Part shown: in pieces, positions 1 to 10,048 of the stretch
Layout: each line of letters starts with the position of its first letter
Numbering within the stretch: position 1 is the first letter of the stretch
Assembly (NCBI GenBank): GCA_054600435.1
Contig: BAAIJX010000019.1
Location: forward strand, 248,001-312,000
Source: Neophaeotheca triangularis
Lineage: Eukaryota
Length of the DNA stretch: 64,000 nucleotides
Direction: 5' to 3'
The notes under the pieces: generated by a model
What the model was told of the DNA's origin: nothing
The model's database searches: none
What the model saw: the letters and a program-made list of their open reading frames with translations, nothing else
Position numbers and translations under genes: made by a program

Positions 1-1816
1 TGGCTGGTTTGAGGGGGAGGGAGAGGGCGGAGGGAATGAGGGTGAGAGTGTCTGAAGCGGTGGTGGAGTAGCTGAGCACAAGGTCGACTTTTGGCTCATC
101 AGCGTCGTCGGTGACGGTTATGAAACCTGGAGTTTGCGGGTCGATGCCTAAAGACGACAAGGTTTGGGGCAGGTTGTCTTCGAGATCGGGGTCGTAGATG
201 AGACCGGCCGAAGTGGTGATGGAGAAGTCTTCGTAGTTAAGATGGTCGCGGAGGAGGGTTACGAGGGCTTGGAGGGTTGGCGGGGTGGCGGGGGAGGGGA
301 GCTGAAGTTTGGCGTACACTGGGGAGCAAACAGGGCAGTGCGGGTTGGGGGGCGAGAGGTTTTCGGTGGCGATCATGCGCTCCGTGTGTTTGGAGGTTAA
401 GAAGACCATCTTGGAGCCGCCTAACAGGGCGCCGCCGAGTTTGTTAGTGCTGAGTTGGGCGGAGGCGTTCGGGAGGTGGTTGTTTGCGGTGGCTTTGGCC
501 ATTGCGCCGTTGGCAATGGCGGTCTGGGAGCGCAGGATTTTGAAGGACTGTAAGACGCAGAGGCTGGCTGTGAGGGCGTTGGAGGTGGCTATGGCAGGGA
601 TGATGTTGCCAGCCATTTGCTTGATGCTCCATTCGCTGTGGAGAGGGATGCTGAAGATGAGGGAGCGCAGGTTGGCGGCGGAGGCTACAAAGTCGAGAGT
701 GCCCTTGTCGTCCTTGTCGAATTCGATAACGCTCTCACCAGCTTGCATGCGGCTGCTGAGGATGTCGAGGCTGTAGCAGAAGACTGCTAGGTTCTCCTGT
801 GGTGTCCACGTGCTCTGATCTTGCGAGGAGAGAGCTTGGCCCGCCCTGACGAGATCACTACCCGCACCCAGCTCCATGAAGCGCAACGAGTTCGGTGGTG
901 TTCTACTCTGCCACATCTCCTCCATAGACCGCAGACGCTCGATGTCGTCGTAGAAGACCTTGTCAAACACCGCCTCCGCGAACCCTTCTGTACCCATCAT
1001 GCTCCGTATCTTCTTCAAAGCCTGCGACTCTTCCTTCAACTTGGCCACCTCTTCGGCATTATCGCCCTCCGTCACACTCATGTCCGCAGAATCCTCCTCG
1101 CTAGTCCCAAATAGCTCCGGGAAGAGATATGATTTGGCCCAAACTATGCAGTGAATCGGCTGGCTTGGGGTGGAACGGATAGTGCAGATTGGAAAAGACT
1201 TCTGCACTGGTTTCGGGTTGCAATCATAGCACTCTGTCACTCCCTTCTGAATTGCCTGAACCTGCCCGTTGAAGCCTGTAGTCCCGCTTTCGATCAACGG
1301 CACGTTCGCAGCAAGACACATCTTGTTGACGTGACGCCTGGCCGCGAGATTGTCCAGCGCGTTGAAAACGACATCAAACCCCTCGAAGAACTCCACGTCG
1401 TATTCGTTATCGAAAATAGAGCCATGGCGCGCATCGATAGTGACGCTTGGGTTGAAGCGCGACGCAGTCTCCTTTGCGACTGTAGCCTTGGGCTGCTTGA
1501 TGTGCTGTTTGCGGAAGAGGAACTGACGGTTGAGGTTGCTGAGATCGATGGTATCAAGATCGACGACTACAATTTCCGGTTTGCGCGCGGGAGGCGAGGC
1601 TGCGAAGCCATTCTGAGGAAGAGGCCCATTGTAGGGGCTACCGAAACCGCAGCAGACAAGGTTCTTGAGTACTTCACAGCCAATCCCACCAGCACCAACG
1701 AGCAGAACCCGACTTCCGTGAACTTGCTGCGTCAAACCGGCACCGAGTGTCCTGTTCAGTCCTTTGGTACGGTTTGATATCGGTTTCGGCTGAGGGGGAG
1801 CGGAGTGGGCGTCCAT
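1..1816 (-). CDS. UBA2: SUMO-activating enzyme E1 subunit Uba2 (3' end runs off the window)
   Basis: Manual minus-strand translation from ATG 1816 gives MDAHSAPP...VLLVGAGGIGCEVLKNL...DLDTIDLSNLNRQFLFR...ALDNLAARRHVN...ESGTTGFNGQVQ...CYDC...FPICTIRSTPSQPIHCIVWAK. These are the Uba2/SAE2 adenylation and catalytic-Cys motifs. It is absent from the ORF track because there is no stop inside the window. Confidence 0.95.
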   Translation of the reverse strand, partial: MDAHSAPPQPKPISNRTKGLNRTLGAGLTQQVHGSRVLLVGAGGIGCEVLKNLVCCGFGSPYNGPLPQNGFAASPPARKPEIVVVDLDTIDLSNLNRQFLFRKQHIKQPKATVAKETASRFNPSVTIDARHGSIFDNEYDVEFFEGFDVVFNALDNLAARRHVNKMCLAANVPLIESGTTGFNGQVQAIQKGVTECYDCNPKPVQKSFPICTIRSTPSQPIHCIVWAKSYLFPELFGTSEEDSADMSVTEGDNAEEVAKLKEESQALKKIRSMMGTEGFAEAVFDKVFYDDIERLRSMEEMWQSRTPPNSLRFMELGAGSDLVRAGQALSSQDQSTWTPQENLAVFCYSLDILSSRMQAGESVIEFDKDDKGTLDFVASAANLRSLIFSIPLHSEWSIKQMAGNIIPAIATSNALTASLCVLQSFKILRSQTAIANGAMAKATANNHLPNASAQLSTNKLGGALLGGSKMVFLTSKHTERMIATENLSPPNPHCPVCSPVYAKLQLPSPATPPTLQALVTLLRDHLNYEDFSITTSAGLIYDPDLEDNLPQTLSSLGIDPQTPGFITVTDDADEPKVDLVLSYSTTASDTLTLIPSALSLPLKPA

Positions 1817-2271
1817 TGTCGCGGTTGTCGCGTGAGGTGGATAGGTAGGAGGCGAACTCGGAGGAATGGAAGTTGGTGGGTTGGGTGATGTTCGAGGGTG
1901 TTAGGAAGAAGGCACAGGCGCCGAGTGAAGACCTGGTCCAGGCAGCTACATGTCAGCATTGTGAGCGTGTCGCATGTGAAGGTGATGGGTGGGTGGGTGG
2001 GTGTCTGTACAGTTTGCGCTCGAGTGAGTAGAGTTTATGGGCGCGCGGTTGTCATGTCCAGTTGGCTTCGCTTCTGTCTGATTTCAATTAGCATCGCTGC
2101 CTCACCATGCCCGAGAATAGGAAATAGGAGCAGGCGATAATGACAGTGAGGTGGTGGTGATTGGTATGCGGGCGTAGCTCGTCGCAAGGTCGGAGAAACA
2201 GCTTCAACTACTTCCAGGCCAGGTTCCCTTCCAGGTTCACTTCCTGAGAAGCTCGGCTTGAAGCTCGCGTC

Positions 2272-2360
2272 AGGCTGTCTCGGTCAACCTGCCTCTGATG
2301 GAAGAAATTGCTTTCTCATGTTGCAGCCTCAGGCAGCCACGACCTCGAAAGGGGCAGTCA
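2272..2360 (+). repeat. Diverged direct repeat, copy 1 (partner at 4572-4672)
   Basis: AGCCTCAGGCAGCCACGA (2325-2342) and AAAGGGGCAGTCA (2348-2360) are shared exactly with copy 2. The upstream 29 nt match at 23/29. Confidence 0.8.
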
Positions 2361-2967
2361 GTAGTGTTGCTCACGGTTCACCAAGCTTCTGTTCGATATA
2401 AATGAATAATCGACATGTATCCGCATACCTGTAACCTGGTCCGCCGTTTCGAAAGCTTGACTGCCTTTGACGACCGGCTAGGCAAACATAAGCCGCCCTG
2501 GTGTAGTAGACACGATATCAAACCCGAGTGTTGAAGGCAAACCTACATAGGCTAAGGTACTGCTCGAACACTCTACCATCGACAAGAGAACGACAACAAT
2601 GAGATAGAAGCCTTCGATCCCCGCTGCTCTATCCCCGCTGGTCGTTGCGCCTCCGAAAAGACCCTTGTAATGAGAAGTGTAACCGCGTAGTTGCGCCGAT
2701 CGCAAGTTGACGAGGCATCCACAATAGCCCGTGTGCAATACCTTTGGATCGAGAGCCATCGCCGAGTGACACGCGCGCCGGGCCCTGAACCCCGTGGCAA
2801 TGCTTGTCTTTATAATGCACGGCCATCTCTGGCCCTGATCCTCTTTCTTGACCAACCCATCTTTTGTGAAGACCAGCGCTCTGTTCTTTCTGTTCTCTTC
2901 ACGCCTTTCAATTCTCTTTCGCATCCAAGCTTCGCGCCTAGTCGGTCACTACAATCTTTCATTCACC

Positions 2968-4208
2968 ATGGTTCAGAACTATATCAGCGCTCTTCTCATC
3001 GGCGCTGGCGCCTCTCTAGTTGCTGCTCGACCGGCTCCCCAGACGCTCGTTCCTAAGGCTGCGGTATCGGCCTCGTCCGACTGCACTTTCACCGACGTCG
3101 ATGCAGCTGTAAAGGGCAAGGGCAACTGCGATGTCATCGAGCTGAAAGGCATCTCCGTGCCGGCTAAGGAGACCCTCGACATGTCCGACTTGAACGACGG
3201 CACCACCGTGCGTCCCCAATGTCCACCAACTCAAATACTCGAGGGCATAAACTAACCATCCCTCAGGTCATTTTTACTGGCACGACAACCTTCGGATATG
3301 CCGAATGGAAAGGTCCTCTGATCCGCTTTTCGGGCAACTCCATCACAGTGCAAGCGAAGGATGGGGCCATTATCGACGGCAACGGCGCCAAATGGTGGGA
3401 CGGCGAGGGCTCCAACGGCGGCAAGACCAAGCCGAAAATGTTCTACGCCCACGACATGACGGACTCGACCATCCAGGGCTTAACAATCCAAAACTACCCC
3501 GTGCAGTGCATGTCCATTAACGAGGTCAAGAACTCACATTTCATCGACCTGACCATCGACAACTCTGCGGCCGGCGAGGACGGCCACAACACAGACGCTT
3601 TTGACGTCGGCGAATCCCAGGGCGTATACATCTCCGGCGCCAAAGTGCAGAACCAAGACGACTGCTTGGCCGTCAACTCCGGCAGCGACATCTCTTTCAC
3701 GAATGGCAGCTGTAGCGGCGGCCACGGCCTCTCCATCGGCAGCGTTGGCGGCCGCGACGACAACAAAGTCAGCAACGTGTAAGACAGACCACAGCTTCGA
3801 CCAGCAACCAACTCTCTTCCCGCGCGAAATGCTAACGCAAGCCGTCCCAGCTACATCGCCGACTCCATAGTTTCCGACAGCGACAACGGCCTACGCATCA
3901 AGACCGTCTACGACGCCACAGGCAGCGTCAACAACATCACCTACACTAATCTGCACCTTGACGGCATCCGAAAGTACGGCATCGTGGTGCAGCAAGACTA
4001 CGAGAACGGCAGCCCGACCGGAACGCCCACCGACGGTATCCCCGTCACCGATGTCACTTTCGACGGCGTCACTGGCGATATGAATGGTGGTCAGTCCATC
4101 TACATTCTTTGTGCCGCTTGCTCTGATTGGACGTGGACGGGCGTTGACATCACGGGCGGTAAGACCAAGAAGGAATGTGAGGGCATACCGGATGGGGCGA
4201 CTTGCTAG
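2968..4208 (+). CDS. Secreted endopolygalacturonase (GH28); introns 3208-3266 and 3779-3850
   Basis: Signal peptide [20 protein letters not shown]. All four GH28 motifs are present: NTD, QDD, GHG and RIK. Both introns are GT-AG with CTAAC branch sites and restore the frame. The C-terminus is Cys-rich. Confidence 0.96.
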
Positions 4209-4571
4209 AGGGTTCGAGTGTAGGTTGAGCATACATAGTAAGGGTTGAAAGCGCCGCGGCCGTTACTGTAAGACGGAAGAGATGGAAATACCGCAATTCT
4301 CGATTCTTTTGGATCGCATATACTCGCGCATTACGAATCGCTTTTAGAGCAGAGACATTTCGAGCTTGATTGCTTCAAGCATCGAAGGACCTCTTAACCT
4401 CTTACAAGTCCTTTTAGAAAAGGACTACACTGACCTCGCGTTCTTTCTAATCACCTCTCCCGTCCCCTCGTCACGCCTGAAATTTACGAGTGTTATGCGG
4501 CGCACATGTGATTTAAGGGAAACCCTACTGACCGTGTGCACTGTGCAAACACCTTGCTGTGTTTGTCAGCA

Positions 4572-4672
4572 AGGCCGTCTCGCTTGACCTGCCTCCCATG
4601 CAGAATGCAGGTGCCTTTTCAAGATTCAAGCCTCAGGCAGCCACGATCCGGCCGTATCAAAAGGGGCAGTCA
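4572..4672 (+). repeat. Diverged direct repeat, copy 2 (partner at 2272-2360)
   Basis: AGCCTCAGGCAGCCACGA (4629-4646) and AAAGGGGCAGTCA (4660-4672). The copy lies immediately upstream of the queuosine-salvage gene ATG. Confidence 0.8.
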
Positions 4673-4744
4673 CCGTCTCTTCCATTCCATTGTAGAAACA
4701 CTATCTACGAGACATCATCACTCAACTCATTGCCAACCATCACA

Positions 4745-6696
4745 ATGAGCGACGATGAGGCTGATCCGGAGTTGCTGGAGCTCTTGCGGCAAACTCTGGG
4801 CACATCTTCCCAGCCGAAGAAAGTATCAAACGATACCGGTATGTGCCTACTTCCGCCCAGCGATGGCAAATCTTTCTTTGGATCACAGACTCACTCGAAA
4901 CTTTCACAAAGGAGTCCTCGAAGATGCCGAGTTCATTTACACAAACGCGGTAGACGTAAACATCGACATGCAAGGCACCAAATCCGCCGCCATCGCCATT
5001 GCGACAGCCATGCGTGAGCGCAACTACTCGACTCAAGCCTGGTCGACACATCCTTTGCATCCGAGGATCGGGCTTGATTTTGGCGAAATCGACATGGTCA
5101 ATTTCATCTTTACCATGGACTTGTTGAATTTCTCCTTTTGGTCTGACTTGCCGGAAGAGGAAAGGTTCTGCATTGAGTATAGAGGTAAGCGGTGGACAGG
5201 CTACAATAGCCTTGTTGCGGCTTTGAGGAGGGGTTTGGACGAGGGCGTGCCCATCACTACGCCTCGGTTCTGGCGGAGTGGGGACTGTACTGACGAGGTG
5301 TTGAAGCGTGTCTTCCGAAGTGCTAGTGGCGAGGAGATGCCGTTGCTTCGGGAACGTGTCAGGTTTCTGAGAGAAACTGGAGATCGTCTGCACGAGGTAC
5401 TTTGCTCCGATGGTGGGCTCGGAGATTTTCAATGCTGACTGCTAAGTGCTCCGGTGATGCAGAGGACTGGTCCAACGACGAGACGGCTGTTGACACCCCC
5501 GCAACTGAGCAAAGCGACGAGGCTGATGCAGCGGTCGTTGTTGATGAGCAAGCAGCATACCTAGCGAGCGCTGATGGTAATGTAGAACAGCGTGCATCAG
5601 ATGCCTGCCAACATGAGCAGACAAAGAGCGGCGTGGCGAACAACCACCCACCGAATTTTCCAGAATTGCATAGCAATCCTGGCCGTCGTTTATCGCAAAC
5701 TTCCAGTAGTACGGCTGCCACGCAAGAGCAAGCGAAAATGCCCGGCGCCGACGAGTCGGTTGGCTTCGGCCCTACAGAATTTCCTGCAGAAACTACAAAC
5801 CCAGACATGACCGTTATTCGCCTTGTCGAAAAGGCCGGCCACTCGGCCGGGAAGCTGGTGAATTTGCTCGGAAAGCATATACCTGCCTTCCTAGACGAGA
5901 CTCGTTTCGAAGGACGACGCGTGCGACTGATGAAAAGAGCGCAGATCTTCGTCGCCGATTTGTGGGCAGCCTTCAATGGGACCTCGTACGGTGATTTTCA
6001 CGATATCCGCCATTTGACCATGTTCGCAGGTGCGTACATGATCCGTCGCTCGGATCTCGCTGTTGCTCGGCTTACACGTTCTCCGCGACGTTCGCGCTGA
6101 CACTTGACACTTTGGTTCATGCAGACTATCGCGTGCCGCAGATGCTGCAATCGCTCGGCGTACTGGCCTACTCCCCACCGTTGCTGGCCAAAATCTCAGC
6201 GCATCACGTTTTGCCATCCGGCCACAGCTGGGAAGTGCAGCTGAGAGGCTGTTCCATCTGGGCCGTCGAGCTGATGCGCCGAGAAATTGTCGCCAGAGAT
6301 GCGACGGCCGAAAACAGCGTCAACGCCGTTCTCATAGACTTTTTCTTGTACGATCTGGCCAAAGAGAAGGAAGCGCGAGAACGGAACAGAGGTGAGTGAG
6401 TGGTATATTCTTCCCATCCAGCCATGCCTTATACCTGTCAGAGGCGTTCCGAGCCCCACCTCCCGTCATCTTAAGGTAAAGTGCAGTAGGTACGGATCCA
6501 AGGCAAGGCGTCCGAGCCGAGGTGCCCGTCATGCCCGTCTTCTCGGCGCGTGCTCGGAAGGTGGGGCAGTGTCGCTGAAGCTTCCATGCACAATCCTGCA
6601 CGGCAAGAACCTTAAAAGTGTGACAACATCAGCTGATTGGTCGCTGCAGACGTCGCAGCACTTCCACACCACAGAACTAGGTCTACGGCCTACTAA
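4745..6696 (+). CDS. QNG1: Queuosine salvage protein / queuosine 5'-phosphate N-glycosylase (Q_salvage, DUF2419); introns ~4839-4911, ~5397-5446, 6030-6124, 6392-6649
   Basis: Motifs MSDDEADPELLELLRQ, HPLHP, FTMDLLNFSFWS, KRAQIFVADLW, LTMFADYRVPQ, EVQLRGCSIWAVE and NAVLIDFFLYD. Terminal exon 6650-6696 supplies LPHHRTRSTAY*, the family C-terminal motif. The intron-2 acceptor is the least certain boundary. Confidence 0.9.
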
Positions 6697-7303
6697 CACA
6701 TTATTGCATGACGACCAACCGAAACCACTGCGCCATGTCCGAACAGCTGTTTCTTTCGTTGTCCCTTCGTTGGTGGGGGCGTTCATGCATGCGACCAACG
6801 TCTTAGCCAACGTCTTAGAGCATGCAAGGGCAACCTACCTTACACTCCCAGCCTACGCCGCACGAATCCTTCGTTAAGGTTGAACGATGCGAAGGAATAT
6901 GCCCACGCCAGATCTAGTAATTCGTCCAAGTCGCCATGTTCCAACAGGGCCGTCGAACTTCACCGTGACCTCGCCTGCTCCTGATCTTCGCGTTCGCCGA
7001 AGCAGTCCGACGACTACAGCGCAATGCAGTCGTAACCACCCCAACCACAACATATTCAGGCAGGTCGTGCAGTCCTATAAAGCCACTCTTCTCAGCTGTT
7101 ATCACCCACTCATCTCAATCGTCTCCCCGATCACCGTCCTCGAAGCTTCAACTTCGAATCAACACGCCCCCCTCGGGCATACACTCGTTCCTACGAACTC
7201 CTCAAACACATTCGTTGCCTAGTGACCCCTCCTTACAACTCCATTAAGACCCTGTCGTCTTATCTCTCCTTTTGCAAACCAATCGAGAACCAGCTTCTTC
7301 AAG

Positions 7304-9518
7304 ATGCGTTCATTCATCCTATCCCTCACCACCTTCACCGCCTTCACGGCTGCCCTCCCTCGCGCCCTTGACACCAACTCCCACGAGGCCCGCTCCCTCG
7401 TTCCCCGTCAAGGCATCACCGAAGACGGCCGATGTGGTCCCTCAAACGGTCTAGCTTGCCGCGCGGGTTTCTGCTGCAGGTACACCTCCCCATCTCTCCC
7501 TTTCCATCTCTGCCAACTCCGACTAACATCTCTCTTCAGTCGCGAAGGATGGTGCGGTCTCGGCGAGCCCTGGTGCGGCGCCGGCTGCCAACCAGGTTTC
7601 GGGCTCTGCGGCACAGACACCAGTCCCGCTCCTACTACTGTCCCAACGACCCCGGCGACTTCCACGACAACTAGCACTTCCTTCGCCAGCCCCACGGGCA
7701 TCACCCAGGACGGCTCTTGCGGTGTCGAGAATGGTCAAGCGTGTCGGGAAGGATCCTGCTGCAGGTAAGTGTCTATCTTCAATTCTTCTACTTTGTCTAA
7801 GGGGCGGTTTTCGCTGACTTTTTTTGCTAAAAAGTCGTTTCGGCTGGTGCGGCGCTTCCGATCTCTACTGCGGTGTCGGTTGCCAATCGGGTTTTGGGCT
7901 TTGCGCCGATGATGAGGTTGTCAGCCCTGTGCCTACTACGAATTCGACGGTCGAGGTGCCGCCGACTGAGACTGCTACGGATGTTCCTGAGGTTACGACT
8001 TCGACGGTTGAGGTGCCCACTGAGGTCACTACTTCTTCCATTGAGGTGCCTGTTGAGACTACTACCGAGGCTCCTGGCGTTCCGGATCTGACCACTTCTT
8101 CCATTGAGGTCCCCACTGAGGTTACTACCTCCACTGAGATCAGCGTAGGGCCTACGCTCCTCCCTCCTTTCCCAAACACCACATCCAGCTTCGATGTTCC
8201 GGGGCCAACTCTCCTTCCTCCTTTCCCAAACACCACTTCGAGCTTCGAAGTGCCGGAGCCAACTGTACTGCCCCCTGTTGCCGATACCACTTCTAGCGAG
8301 GCCGTCCCTTCCCAGATCTACACGACTTTGACTACCACTTCTACTTTCCTTACTACCACCACCGCGTTCACGGACGTGACTGGTGCCCCAGTGCCCACGG
8401 AAACAGTCATTACCTCTTCCGTCGTTGAGATTACTTCGACTATGTTGGAACCTTCGCTCCCTCCTTTTGGCACCGAGAATTCTACGTCCCAAGCAACTGG
8501 GGCGCCCAGTACAGTCACTATCCCAGATTTGCCTACGGATCCAGGGACACCTTTCCCCACAATCACTGAGACGGTCGTGCCTCAGCCCACTTTCGAACCG
8601 GAGCCTACTACTACTGTCTCCACCAACACTTTTGTGACTATCTCGGGAGGCACACCTGTCGAGCCGACTCTCACTACCAGTGTTCAAGTACCCACACCGG
8701 TCGTGCCAACTTCCGCTTCCACTACCGCTACGCTCGACCCCAGCACTTCGGTCGTAGGAACTACCCTTCCCGGATCGGAGCCCGCTCCTGAGCCCACCAG
8801 CACTGAGCTCACCCCTGCGCTCCCCTCCACCACTAGCGCTGCCCCTCCAGCTGAAACCTCCGCCCCCGACGACAGCGACGATGACACCATCGGCACAGAC
8901 TCCTACACAACCTACACAGGCACCGGCTCCGTATCGGACGGCTGGCCCGCGCAATCTTCCTGGGTTTCCTTCGAGCAAATGTGGTCCGACTACCTGCCCG
9001 CGCTCTCCAGCTCGTGTGACCAATTCTTCGTCGCCAACAACTTCAACCAAGAAAACAACGACCTCCGCAACGCGATCCTCGACACCGCCTCAAGCAGCGG
9101 CGTCGACGCCCGCTTCATCCTCGCAGTCGTCTTGCAAGAATCCAACGGCTGCGTGCGCGCCCCGACCACGGTCGGCTCCCACCCCAACCCGGGACTGATG
9201 CAATCGCACAACGGCGAAGGCAGCTGCAACCGCAACAGCAGAGTGCAAGTCCCCTGCCCGATGAGCGAAATCGAGCAAATGATTGCCGACGGTACCGAGG
9301 GCACTGATTCCGGTGACGGGCTCGTGCAGATCCTGGAGGAAGCCGGCACCACCGATGTCAGCAGGTTCTACCGCGCCGCTAGGATCTACAACTCGGGTTC
9401 TATCGCCGACAGTGGGGACATCTCGCAGCCTGGTTGGGTTGCTACGGATTGCTATGCTAGTGACATCGCTAACAGGCTTACCGGATGGTTTAGCGCCCCT
9501 TCTACTTGCACTTTGTGA
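7304..9518 (+). CDS. Secreted modular protein: 2x hevein/CBM18 chitin-binding domains, Ser/Thr/Pro linker, C-terminal lysozyme-like (SLT/GH23-type) domain; introns 7480-7539, 7765-7834
   Basis: Signal peptide, then two 8-Cys CG..NG.AC..G.CCS..GWCG....CG.GCQ.GFGLC modules. The C-terminal domain has AVVLQES, NPGLMQ and RIYNSG, matching the SLT ES/GLMQ/YNxG motifs. Confidence 0.8.
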
Positions 9519-10048
9519 GTTTGAGGATTTGTGATGGGTCGGTTACGGGGGTGTTTTGAGGTTTTGGAGTAGGGGTTTTGTGGTGGGTTGAAATGTATTT
9601 ACACGATTGGGTCTGTTGATATATACTAGAGTATGACTTTTATGGTTGATGTGTTTTCTTGAGCGATTGAATCTCGAATTTCGCAACTGCACCCTGCTAT
9701 AGCAAAGTCATTTGTGAGTGCTTAAGGGTCTGTCTGGTGCAGAGAACAACTTGCCAAGACATCTCCGGACAGTATCTAGGCACTGATCAAACTCACCCGT
9801 CATAAGATCATGAGCGTCGATGTCGGGGTGTTTTGACTGCTACACAAGGTGCATTGTGCCTTAGGTTAGCAATTGTCCGCTTTCGGAGCAATACGACTTT
9901 AGACACACATTTAGAGTTCCTGTACATATCTTGGCATTGACTACATCCACCTCTTCACGCAATAAATCAACAAGGGACATCGACCCTATTTGTACCTTAT
10001 CTTTACCACGCGCAATCTAACGTCATTTTTTCTTTGCTCGTTTGATTG

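Noticed and set aside
164..1777. Plus-strand ORFs (e.g. 1151-1777, 309-776)
   Set aside because: They are antisense shadows of UBA2, which is the real gene on the minus strand.
6392..6649. TPP or preQ1 riboswitch assignment for the structured intron
   Set aside because: There is no CUGAGA/TPP core and no preQ1-I hairpin with an A-rich tail. It is kept only as an unassigned structure.
6392..6877. 161-aa plus-strand ORF after the queuosine-salvage gene
   Set aside because: It starts at the GTG of a splice donor and overlaps the last intron and terminal exon of QNG1 in another frame.
7827..9050. 407-aa minus-strand ORF, and similar long antisense ORFs at 18247-19482, 11192-11983 and 26788-27582
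   Set aside because: These are codon-bias shadows of real genes on the opposite strand and have no recognisable motifs.
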